Made by a program: the position numbers and the translations under genes. From NCBI GenBank assembly GCA_050613775.1, contig JBODTK010000001.1, forward strand, positions 1,612,001 through 1,676,000: a stretch of 64,000 bases of DNA, in the 5' to 3' direction. Origin of the DNA: Neocallimastix sp. 'constans' (lineage: Eukaryota). Below, piece by piece: positions 36,886 through 49,054 of this stretch (position 1 is its first letter; each line of letters starts with the position of its first letter). The notes under the pieces are model-generated. The model did no database searches and was not told the origin of the DNA. It saw only the letters and a list, made by a program, of their open reading frames with translations.

Positions 36886-38226
36886 ATAATAATTACCAAA
36901 AAAAAAAAAAAAAAAAAAAAAATCAGATATTATATTATTTTTATAAATTTATATTTATTTTGTATATTATTGTATATTAATAGCATATTTATTTACTCAC
37001 CATTACCTTTATATATGTTATTCATCTTAACTCTATTACATTTATAATTTTTTAAACAAATTTATGATTTTTTATATATATTAAAAATAATATTACATTC
37101 TATCATCAAATATTTAAATGTGATATTAATAGAACTACCTGAATAAATATTATATTATAGTTAATTATTATAAATTTTGTAAATATATTTATTATTGTAT
37201 TTAGCAATTGCTTTAATAGTTAATGATTAAATTCTAATAATATAAAAATTTTAAACATAGCATCAATAAAACTAAAAATAAATAAATAAATATATAAATA
37301 ATTAATTATTTATATATTATAGTTCATGGTTAAATTCTAATAATATAAAGATATTACATTAATAGAACTAATAAATATAAATAAATAATTAAATAACTAA
37401 TTATATATAAATTTAAGGTTAAAATCTAATAAATGTATTTAAAATTTACTTTTTATTATAAATATTTAAATATAATACTTTTTTTGTTTTTTTTTTACTC
37501 TTTATTTCATGATCTTTTTTTTTTTTTTTTTTTTTTTTTTATATTTACAATCATGTTTATATTGTTTAGAAATAAAATTTATAATTGCATTCAGAATTAA
37601 TTATTATATTTATTAATATTATATTTTATTATTAAAGCCAAAAAAATTTGAAATAAAATTATAAAAATAAAACAAAATACTATTGTAAATAAATAAATAA
37701 TTAAATAATTAATTAATAGTTAAAATATAATAATAATATAGCTATGCATATATATATTTATTATTTGTTTACTTATTTATCATGTATTTCAATGATTGTA
37801 AAAAATGTATATATACAATATATATATACATTTTTTATTTTTTTTTTTTGCTATTTGCTTTTTGCTTTTTTTTTTTTTTTTTCTATTTTCTTTTATTATT
37901 TATTCTAACTTTTTTATAAGTTGTTTATTTCATCATATTTTATTTTTATTTTTAAAAAGAAATGAATTTATAATTAAAGCATATATGAATCATTAATAGT
38001 AATTATTATTTTTTAATTATTTTCCATTATTTAAATTATATAATATAAAATTCAAAATATTTTTATTATTATTAATTCATTGTGAATTTTAAAAATTAAA
38101 AAATATAAAAAATTTGATATAATTTTTAATTTTTTAATTTTTAAATTTTTAATAATAATTCTAATTCTAATTCTGATTAATTTATCCTATTAATACTTAA
38201 TATATTTTATTAATATAATGCTAAGC

Positions 38227-38260
<34 letters not shown>

Positions 38261-38412
38261 TTTTTATTTTTTGTATATTATAATTTAAATTAATTTATTT
38301 TATTTTAAAATTATATATATATATATATTTTTTTTCATCATCCAATATTAAATGAATGAATTTTCAAGTAATACTATTTTTTTCTTCTTTAATTATTATT
38401 ATTATTTTTTAA

Positions 38413-38449
<37 letters not shown>

Positions 38450-38681
38450 TTTTTTATTATTATTTTTTTTTATTATTTTTATTTTATTTAATATGAAACA
38501 ATATTCATAACTTAATTTGTTATATAACATTATAACATTTTAAAGTGATGATATAAAAAGATAATAATTATAATTATAATAGAATTGAGGTTAAATCACT
38601 GTTGTTATTAACAAAGGATAATCAATATTAATAAAAATTACAGAATTAATAAATAAATAGATAAATTAATATTAGTTATTC

Positions 38682-39953
38682 ATGAATCATAGTCATTTTT
38701 TTAAAGGAATTTTTGTATTCCTTATTTTTATAAATCTCATTTTATTAATTGGAAGTAAGGGGACATCTGTTGTAAAGAAGAACAAAAATATAAAAAAAGT
38801 TAAGGTAGTAAAGGTAAAAGGAGGAAAATCTAAATTGGAATCTGAAGAATCTAAAATAAAAGTATCCATTGTTATTCCAGTATATAACACAGCTGATTAT
38901 GTGGAACGTTGTATTAATAGTGCTCTCAATCAGACACTTAAGGAGATTGAAGTGATTGCTATTGATGATCATTCAACCGATAATAGTGTAGAGAAAATGA
39001 AAAGATTTGAAGGGGATAAACGTTTAAAAATCGTAACTTTAAATCAGAATCAAGGTAGTGGACCAGCTAGAAATATTGGTATGGCATTAGCGGAAGGAGA
39101 ATTTATTGGATTTTTTGATAGTGATGATTATGCTGATGAACGATTCTATGAATTTCTATATAAATATTCCAAAGATAAAGACATGGTGAATGGAATTTTT
39201 GTGGATAGTACTAATTATTCAGACAAATATGTTCATCATCGTAAATATTATGCTTACGGAGCACCTGTTGATAGTATTTGGAGAAGAAGTTTTATCAATA
39301 AAAATAATATTAGATTTGTTGGTGGTCATGTACCTGATGAGGATCGTCGATTTAGAAAACTTTTTATGAGTAAACATCCGAGAAGGATAGTGGCACCCGA
39401 CGAAGGTATTTATTATTATTATAAGAGAAGAGTAGGATCTGTAATGAATTTTACTTCCGATTTTATTGAAGAAATATTTAATAAAGCTACTGAAGAGGTA
39501 AATAGTCCCAAAGCTACCCTTCTGCCAAGTGTGACTTCTAGTACAGAGATGAAAGAAAGTTCCAATGCCACTTTAAACTTAGTAGATACGTCTAAAGCCA
39601 CCACATCATCCAATATAAATTATTATTCAGAAGAGATTGAAAATTTATCTATTAATAGCACCAAAAATAAAGTAAGTTCTGAGACTCTTACTCCAATTGG
39701 TATGATTAATTATCCAAGTTATATTAAAAATGTCAATGCTAATATAACAGAAGATATCGAAAGGTTTGAAAAATCTGATCAAACCAAAACGATAGATGAT
39801 TATGAAGAAAAATCATATTCCAAAAATTATTATATCCATTCTTTCATAGCATTAATAATTACTTTATTAGGCGTCACTGGACTGACTACACTTTTTATAA
39901 TGATAAAGAAAAGACAAAATCCAAAATACATAAATTTGACTAATAGTATTTAA
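38682..39953 (+). CDS. Intronless GT2-family glycosyltransferase with N-terminal signal, Ser/Thr-rich stalk and C-terminal TM helix
   Basis: KVSIVIPVYN, NQTLKEIEVIAIDDHSTD, ARNIGM and FFDSDD (DxD); both termini are hydrophobic. Confidence 0.9.
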   Translation: MNHSHFFKGIFVFLIFINLILLIGSKGTSVVKKNKNIKKVKVVKVKGGKSKLESEESKIKVSIVIPVYNTADYVERCINSALNQTLKEIEVIAIDDHSTDNSVEKMKRFEGDKRLKIVTLNQNQGSGPARNIGMALAEGEFIGFFDSDDYADERFYEFLYKYSKDKDMVNGIFVDSTNYSDKYVHHRKYYAYGAPVDSIWRRSFINKNNIRFVGGHVPDEDRRFRKLFMSKHPRRIVAPDEGIYYYYKRRVGSVMNFTSDFIEEIFNKATEEVNSPKATLLPSVTSSTEMKESSNATLNLVDTSKATTSSNINYYSEEIENLSINSTKNKVSSETLTPIGMINYPSYIKNVNANITEDIERFEKSDQTKTIDDYEEKSYSKNYYIHSFIALIITLLGVTGLTTLFIMIKKRQNPKYINLTNSI

Positions 39954-40963
39954 TAATAAACTAATTTTTTAAAATCTCTATATGAGATAATATACATCAA
40001 TATAATTTAATTAACAATATATTCATTATTAATTTTAAATAAGCATAGAAAAATAATTTAGTAGTTTGTTTATTTTTTTTTTCTTTATTAGTTATTATAT
40101 AATTACTACAAAATAAATAAAAATAAATATATATATTTTTTAATAAAGGGTATAATATACAAGAATTTTTTATATTATTTTTTTATCTTTAAGAATATTT
40201 AAAAGTTTTAATGTATTTAAACAAATATTAATAAATATCACTATTAAATATTATTTACTTTATATAATGTAAAATGTATAATGCATTCTTTGTTTTTTTA
40301 TTATTATATAATATATTTTATTTTTTATTTCTTATTAATTACATATATATAAATAATATTATGTATTATTTTTTATTTATTCTTTTAATGCTATTTATTA
40401 TTTAATAATGAATAATTATTTAATATTTATTATAAAAAAAATTCATTATTTAGTATTTATTATTTATTGTTTAAAATACCTTTTTTAATAATTAATATTT
40501 TATTATTTTATATATTTAAATAATTTATGTAATTATTTGTACATTATTTTTTAATTGTATTTTAACATTTGAATATCTTTATCTTACAAAACAAATAATA
40601 AAAATATGAAATATATTAGTAAAAACCTTAATAAATATTAAAATTATCTTTGTATGAAATAATAAATTTTATTATTTAATCTATTATTTATTAAGAAAAA
40701 CTAATATATATTAAATGATATAGCAATTTTAAAATTATAATTATACTTTTATTGTAATTTATTAATTTAAAATTTATAATTGCTATAAATATATATTTAT
40801 TATATATTTATTATATATTCATCTATATTGTTTTGATAATTTATAATTCAAAAATTTATTTAAAAATTTATTTGATACCCTTAAAATGTATGAAATATAT
40901 TATTTTAAAAAGTTATTATAAATATATATATAAACAATTATTTATTAATTATTAATAGATAGA

Positions 40964-40998
<35 letters not shown>

Positions 40999-41359
40999 AT
41001 GAATGAATAAAAAAAGAATGTGGAGAAATGAAACAAACTGAGAAGACGATATGATTACTGGTAAAAACTAATTATTATCATAATTCAAATAAAAATTAGA
41101 AATATATATGCACTAAAATATAATACTATCATTATATTTATATATTATAACTTTAATATAATTTAAAATAGTTTATGTCTAATTTGGTATATGAATTATA
41201 TGAAAATGTTTAGTAAATAAATAAATACAATAAAGTAAAAAAATTTTTTTTATGAATAATTTAATAGTATTATTAAATAACTAACTAAATAATTGAATAA
41301 TAAATAATTGAATAATCAATAATCAATTATCAATAATCAATAATCAATAATTAATAATT

Positions 41360-41665
41360 AAATAATAATACGTAATAAATAATAAATAAATAATAAATAA
41401 ATAAATAATAAATAAATAAATAATAAATAAATAAATAATAAATAAATAATAAATAAATAAATAATAAATAAATAATAAATAAATAAATAATAAATAAATA
41501 ATAAATAAATAAATAATAAATAAATAATAAATAAATAAATAATAAATAAATAGATAATAAATAAATAATAAATAAATAAATAATAAATAAATAATAAATA
41601 AATAAATAATAAATAAATAATAAATAATAAATAATAAATAATAAATAAATAGATAAATAAATAAA
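41360..41665. repeat. (AATAAATAAAT)-type microsatellite
   Basis: Directly visible. Confidence 0.85.
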
Positions 41666-41825
41666 TATTAAATAAATATAAGATTTTTTTTTTATTTTCT
41701 TTATTAAGTAGAAATTAAGATGAATCTAATTTTTTTTTAAAAAAAAAATTTATATAAAATTAATGGATGGAATTTATTCCCTATTTTTTTTTTTTAAAAA
41801 ATTTTTTTTCTTTCTAATAATTAAA

Positions 41826-42339
41826 CTTTTATTTTTAGACTTTCTTATATGATTTCTACATCATTGGAAGGTCACATGAGTGTATTAAGGAACCGAACCT
41901 TACATGCTTTATCATTTTGACGTCGACGCTCAACTACCTCTAAGAGGGATTTAAACTAGGCATGGTCCCCAACAGATTACGAAAATCTGGACTGACCCTC
42001 ATACCACCCACCCCTCTATTATCGGGAATAGCAGAAATCTTAATTAGTTTTGGTGATGGTATAATTAAGGAAATTGACCATATTATTTATAAATGGATAT
42101 AACTTAAGTATCTAGACAGGTTTGTGCCATTTTTCCTAATAGATGCCCAAAACACCTTAGTTTTGACCAGAGTCCAAATCACCCACAAATCCATCATACT
42201 TAATCCAATATACTTACCTGTAATTACTCTATCAACGCATTATCATAAAATCCGAAGGGAAAACTGATAAGATCATAGACCAGGAGCCTTATGCTCTTAG
42301 ATGCAACGCCTTAATAGCCAGGATAGAACCTGGAACGAC
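41826..42339 (-). mobile_element. Second SINE-like structured retroposon (no tRNA head, possibly 5'-truncated); 13-bp TSD TCTAATAATTAAA (41813-41825 / 42340-42352)
   Basis: GC-richer island with exact flanking direct repeats. It shares TTCTATCCTG...ATAAGGCT, ACTCAT..ACCTT and the terminal AAGTCTA with the 8087 element. Confidence 0.75.
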
Positions 42340-42554
42340 TCTAATAATTAAATAAGTTTTTATTTTTTTCATTTATATTGTAAACAATAATATAAGATAA
42401 TTTTAATGCTTTATATTGGTCTGGTCTTAATTTATATATTTTTTTCTTTTCTTTTTCTTTTATAAATTCATCAAAAAGTGTGAATTATTTAATTAGTTTA
42501 AAGAAAAAAAATATTATTAATATATAAAAAAATTATTAATATATAATTCTAATT

Positions 42555-42735
42555 ATAAAAAATATTTTATTTTTTATTATTTTATTTTATTTTATTATAA
42601 GATAAAAATATTTTATTTTTTATTATTTTATTTTATTTTATTATAAGATAAAAATATTTTATTATTTATTATTTTATTTTATTATAAGATAAAAATATTT
42701 TATTTTTTATTATTTTATTTTATTTTATTATAAAA
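42555..42735. repeat. AT-rich tandem repeat, ~45-bp unit, ~4 copies
   Basis: Repeated ATAAAAATATTTTATTTTTTATTATTTTATTTTATTTTTATTATAAG. Confidence 0.75.
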
Positions 42736-44235
42736 TAATATAAACCATATAAATTATTAGAATTATTTTAATAATTAAAACTATAATAATAACAAAGAAA
42801 AAAGAAAAAAAATAAATTATAGTATATTAGGTTGAAATGTGTGATTAATTCATGATATATTTCATTTTTTGTGTAAAATGACACTAAAAGATAAAAAAAA
42901 AAAAAAGAAAAAAAAAAGAAAAATATTTATATAAAATTAATTTTTTTTTGTTTTAGTTTAATTAAAAAAAATTTTTTTACACTTTTTGTAATCTTTAAAA
43001 AAAATTAATTAAATTTATAATATATAAATATATAAATATAAATATATAAATATATAAATATAAATATATAAATATATATTTATGAATATAAATATATGAA
43101 TATATATTAATAATAATAAAAAAAAAATTTGTGCAATATTACATTATTATTATTTTATTTTATATATTCAATGGGTACATGTGAATTGAATATAAAAAGT
43201 TTGACAAAAAAAATTAAAAAAAAAAAAAAATTTAAATTTAATATTTTAATAAATATTTTTAAAAATTGCATAAAAAAATATATGAAATTATTAATAATTA
43301 AGGTTTTGCAAAAAAAAAATAAAATTTAATATCAATATAAAAAAAATTTAAATATTTCTTTTTAATTAATTTATATTTTTGTATTTTGTTCTAGTTTAGT
43401 TTTTGTAACACAAAAATAATTTAATTTATATTTAATTTATTAATTGGGTTTGTTTTATTCTATCCACTTCATTTGTTTTTATTTATTTATTATATTTTAT
43501 ATTTTTGTTTGAGGAAAAAAGAAATTTCTTAAAATTAAGAATAATATAATGATATAAAGTAAATATATAAAATAAAAGTTTAATAAATAAAAAAAAAGGT
43601 ATATTAGTAATAATAAAAGGAGTTAATATTTTAATAATTATTTATATAGCTTTATTTTTAAAATTTCTTCAATCTATCAAGGAAATACATTTTTAGATTA
43701 TATAAATATAGGATAAAAAAAAAGGAGTTTTTTTTTTTTATTTATTTATCATATTATTATATAATAAATAATATAAGTTATATTTAATTAATATTTATGA
43801 ATTTTAAATATTAAAAAAAAAATAAATACTTATTTTTTATTTATATTAATATAGATAGCATTCATATTTAGTTTTTAGTAAATAATATATAATAAATAAA
43901 TAATATATAATAAATAAATAATAAATAAATAAATATTAAATTTATATCCATTTTAATAAAATTAAAAATTAATATAAATTTAAAATTGACAGAAAATATA
44001 TTAAAAAAGGTTTTTTACTATAATTTAAATACAAAACAAAACAAAAAAAATACCTACCTCAGTTGATACTATTTAAAATAAATAAAATATATAAAATATA
44101 TAAAATATATATTATATATAATATTTAAAACATATAATATATAAAATACTTTTGGTAAATAATAAATAAAATTTATAAATATAAAATATATGATAAATAT
44201 AAATACAGAATATTCAATTTATATTAGATATAAAT

Positions 44236-44266
<31 letters not shown>

Positions 44267-44766
44267 TAATTTTTAATAATATGTACTTAAATAAAGATTT
44301 AATATATATAACAAAATGAGAATTTTTTTTTTTATTTTCTTTATATTAAATCGAATATAGAACATTATAGTTTCATATATTAAAATTTCATATATTTAAC
44401 TTAACCTTTAATTTTTTTTTTTTTTTAAAACTAAATTTTTAATTCTTTTATCTTTATCTGCTATCCATATAAATATACATATATTTCTCAAAAAAAAAAA
44501 AAAAAAAAAAAAAAAGTGAAAGAAGTAAAAGGGAATTTATATATATAAAAAATATATATAAATATATGTATACATAAAAAAAAAAAAAAGAAAAACATTA
44601 ATAATAGAAAAAAAATTTATTTTTAAACAATAGATATGAAATATTATTTGTAATATATCATATTAATAAATAAAAAAATTTAAAATTGTAAGATACAAGG
44701 GCAAGAAAATAAATCCTTAATAATAATAATAAAATATATTTAAAAAAAAAAAATAAAATCATAAAG

Positions 44767-45861
44767 ATGTTAATTAATTCTAAACAGTTTTTTAAAAGAA
44801 TTTTTATATTCTTTATTTTTTTAAGCTTCCTTCAATTAGTTGGAAGTAATCCTATTTCAAAAGATACAAAAGATAAAAGTGATAAAGATAAAGAAGTTAA
44901 AGTAAATAAAGATAAAGCCAAAGTAGATAAAGCTGAAGCAAAGGTAAAAGAACCAAAAATAAAAGTATCAGTTATAATTCCAGTATATAATACTTCTAAA
45001 TATATTGAACGTTGTCTAAAAAGTGCACTTAATCAAACACTTAAAGAAATTGAAATTATTACTATTAATGATAATTCTTCAGATGATAGTTTAGAAATTT
45101 TAAAACAATTTGAAGAGGATAAACGTTTAAAAATTTTAACAATTAATCAAAACCAAGGTGCAGGAGTAGCTAGAAATATTGGTATAGAATTAGCACAAGG
45201 AGAATTTATTGGATTTATTGATAGTGATGACTACGTAGATGAACGTTTCTATGAATTCTTATATAAATATTCCAAAGGTAAAGATATGGTGAATGGTATT
45301 TTTGTGGATAGTACTAATCTTTCAGATAAGTATTCTCATCATCGTAAATTATATGGTTATGGGGCACCTGTTGATAGTATTTGGAAAAAAAGTTTTCTTG
45401 ATAAATATCATATTAGATTCCCAGTTGGTCATGAAGTTGGTGAAGATGTTAAGTTTAGAAAAGCATTTATGAGAATGAAACCAAAGAAGATTGAAACTCC
45501 AGATGAAGGTATTTACTATTATTATAAGAGAAGAGAAGGATCCTCTATGAATTATAAATCAGATTATATTAAAAATTTAAGTGAAAGTAATTCTGAAGGA
45601 GTAGAAAAAAATAATAGTACTATTATAGGAATAGAAGAAACTAATAGTAATATGATGGATATGAAGAAAGAAGATGCACCTTCTGAAGGACATTTTATAA
45701 AATGGATGGTAGTAATAGGTGTTAGTTTATCAATAGTTACAGGAATTGTGGCATTATCTATATTTTTATATAAAAGAAAAAGGTATAATCAATTCGATGA
45801 AAATAGCATGAAAGAAAAATTAATTAATGATAAAGATGTTAATATAGAAGATAATATATAA
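44767..45861 (+). CDS. Intronless GT2 glycosyltransferase, paralog 2
   Basis: KVSVIIPVYN, INDNSSD, ARNIGI and FIDSDD; signal peptide and C-terminal TM. Confidence 0.9.
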   Translation: MLINSKQFFKRIFIFFIFLSFLQLVGSNPISKDTKDKSDKDKEVKVNKDKAKVDKAEAKVKEPKIKVSVIIPVYNTSKYIERCLKSALNQTLKEIEIITINDNSSDDSLEILKQFEEDKRLKILTINQNQGAGVARNIGIELAQGEFIGFIDSDDYVDERFYEFLYKYSKGKDMVNGIFVDSTNLSDKYSHHRKLYGYGAPVDSIWKKSFLDKYHIRFPVGHEVGEDVKFRKAFMRMKPKKIETPDEGIYYYYKRREGSSMNYKSDYIKNLSESNSEGVEKNNSTIIGIEETNSNMMDMKKEDAPSEGHFIKWMVVIGVSLSIVTGIVALSIFLYKRKRYNQFDENSMKEKLINDKDVNIEDNI

Positions 45862-46404
45862 ATATTTAAAACTCATATCTATCTAAATATTTAAATACCT
45901 TAATATACAAATATATATATATCTAAAATATAAAATTAATACTATTTAGATATTATGATTATTTAAATAGTTTATTTATCAAAATTATATAAATTTTATA
46001 AAAATAATAATAAATATAAAAAATTACATTATAAATTATAATTATAAACATTATACTTTATTTTCTTTATTCATATATTTCTAAATTAATGAAATATATA
46101 TTTATATATATTTTTTTTTGTATTGTTATTTAATAACTTATTTTTAATTACATTATTACTTTATAGAGACAAAAAAAATTAGTAAATAATTAATAATAAT
46201 ACTTAGATTAAAAAAAAAAAATTAAAATAATATAAATATTAAAATGAAATTAATATTGAAAATAGAATAAAGCTTAATACATGTATGCATGCATAAATAA
46301 ATAAATAAATAAATAAAGCAAAATAAATAAATACGATAATAAATAGGAAGATAAAAAAAAAAAAAGAATTATATATGAAAGATCATATTATATTATAATT
46401 TTTC

Positions 46405-46455
<51 letters not shown>

Positions 46456-46888
46456 TTATAAATTATATATATATATATATATATTTTTTTTTATTTTTAA
46501 TTATATATGATTTTAGAGCATATGTACCATGGTTTATCGGAGATTTTAATATACCAATTTTTAGTCATAATTTTATTAAATTGAAATAATAAAAAAGAGA
46601 GATATTAAGATAAATACCATTAAATATGTAATTAACAAATTATTATTATTTTTTTTTAGTTTTTTTTTTTTTAAAAAAAAGTTATATATTCAATGGATGT
46701 TTCTTAAAATATAAAATATATATTATAGAAAGAAATATAATTATATATATTAAAAAATGATAAAGATATATACTGATATACTGAATATTTTTTAACCAAT
46801 TGATTAAAAAATATGATAAAAAAAAATTTTTTTTTCTGTGAAACATTAATACAATATATTATTGAATATTATTAATAATTTATTTTAA

Positions 46889-46919
<31 letters not shown>

Positions 46920-47567
46920 GGAAAAAATTAATTATTTGGAAATTATTACATTTTATTCTTTTTTTTTTATTATTATTTAATTATCTGTATATAAAGAAGA
47001 TAAAATTTGAATATTTAAAATATAAAAGTAGACTGTTACTAACATAAACCAAAATAAAAATGGATAAATAGATGTTTGAAGTGAAATGAAAATGAGGTAG
47101 ACTAATTTATTATTTATTTATATATTTGCTTAATATATAACCAAATATTAAATTATATAAATATATATAAATGGCTATAAATGGATATGTGATGTTTATA
47201 TTCAAAATATTAAAAAAGTAATACAAAAAAAAAGAAAAATTTTTTTATATTAAAGTTTAATTAAAAATTAAAAAACTTTATTAAATAAGTTTTTTTTGCT
47301 TTATAATATATCTATATATATAAAAAAAATTTAATTTTTAATATTTATTTATTTATTTATTTATTTATTCATTTATTTAAATTTGCTTTTAAATTATATC
47401 AATATAATTAAGTAGATTTTTCTACTTTAAATATTTATTTATTCATTTATTTAATTTGAAATGATTTTAATATTTTTTTTTTAATATATATATATATATT
47501 TTTTTTTCAATTAAATTATAATTATTATTATTTTTTTTTAATATTTTTTTTATAAGGAAATGAAATA

Positions 47568-47607
<40 letters not shown>

Positions 47608-47953
47608 GAACAAAAAAAAAAAAAAAAACCAAAAAAACTAAAAAATCAAAAAACAAATAAAATTTCATATTTATTCAAAAATGAACTAAAAAAAAAAAAT
47701 TCCATATACCATTAAAAACTAAATATAAGAAAAAAAAATAAATAAAACATATATATATAATATTATATTACATTAGTATGAAATATTATTTAGAATATAA
47801 AAAAAATTATATAATTGTAATATAATAATTATTAGAAAAAAATAATAAAAAGAAATAAATTTATATTAATAAAAATAAAAATAATAGTAATATCAATATA
47901 ATTAATTTCAGTAAAATATTTTTTTTTTTAAAAAAAAAAATATAATAATAAAG

Positions 47954-49054
47954 ATGTTAATTAATTCTAAACAGTTTTTTAAAAGAATTTTTATATTCTT
48001 TATTTTTTTAAGCTTCCTTCAATTAGTTGGAAGTAATCCTATTTCAAAAGATACAAAAGATAAAAGTAATAAAGATAAAGAAGTTAAAGTAAATAAAGAT
48101 AAAGCCAAAGTAGATAAAGCTGAAGCAAAGGTAAAAGAACCAAAAATAAAAGTATCAGTTATAATTCCAGTATATAATACTTCTAAATATATTGAACGTT
48201 GTCTAAAAAGTGCACTTAATCAAACACTTAAAGAAATTGAAATTATTACTATTAATGATAATTCTTCAGATGATAGTTTAGAAATTTTAAAACAATTTGA
48301 AGAAGATAAACGTTTAAAAATTTTAACAATTAATCAAAACCAAGGTGCAGGAGTAGCTAGAAATATTGGTATAGAATTAGCACAAGGAGAATTTATTGGA
48401 TTTATTGATAGTGATGACTACGTAGATGAACGTTTCTATGAATTCTTATATAAATATTCCAAAGGTAAAGATATGGTGAATGGTATTTTTGTGGATAGTA
48501 CTAATCTTTCAGATAAGTATTCTCATCATCGTAAATTATATGGTTATGGGGCACCTGTTGATAGTATTTGGAAAAAAAGTTTTCTTGATAAATATCATAT
48601 TAGATTCCCAGTTGGTCATGAAGTTGGTGAAGATGTTAAGTTTAGAAAAGCATTTATGAGAATGAAACCAAAGAAGATTGAAACTCCAGATGAAGGTATT
48701 TACTATTATTATAAGAGAAGAGAAGGATCCTCTATGAATTATAAATCAGATTATATTAAAAATTTAAGTGAAAGTAATTCTGAAGGAGTAGAAAAAAATA
48801 ATAGTACTATTATAGGAATAGAAGAAACTAATAGTAATATGATGGATATGAAGAAAGAAGATGCACCTTCTGAAGGACATTTTATAAAATGGATGGTAGT
48901 AATAGGTGTTAGTTTATCAGTAGTTACAGGAATTGTGGCATTATCTATATTTTTATATAAAAGAAAAAGGTACGATCAATTAAATGAAAATAGCATACAT
49001 GATAATTTAATTGATAATATGAATGATAATATAGAAGATGACGTAAGTGTTTAG
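47954..49054 (+). CDS. Intronless GT2 glycosyltransferase, paralog 3 (near-identical to paralog 2)
   Basis: Same motifs as paralog 2; the differences are mainly in the last ~25 codons. Confidence 0.9.
   Translation: MLINSKQFFKRIFIFFIFLSFLQLVGSNPISKDTKDKSNKDKEVKVNKDKAKVDKAEAKVKEPKIKVSVIIPVYNTSKYIERCLKSALNQTLKEIEIITINDNSSDDSLEILKQFEEDKRLKILTINQNQGAGVARNIGIELAQGEFIGFIDSDDYVDERFYEFLYKYSKGKDMVNGIFVDSTNLSDKYSHHRKLYGYGAPVDSIWKKSFLDKYHIRFPVGHEVGEDVKFRKAFMRMKPKKIETPDEGIYYYYKRREGSSMNYKSDYIKNLSESNSEGVEKNNSTIIGIEETNSNMMDMKKEDAPSEGHFIKWMVVIGVSLSVVTGIVALSIFLYKRKRYDQLNENSIHDNLIDNMNDNIEDDVSV

Noticed and set aside
42280..42339. Hairpin ribozyme, because element 2 begins with GTC
   Set aside because: Loop A and loop B consensus sequences were not found, so the GTC start may be chance.
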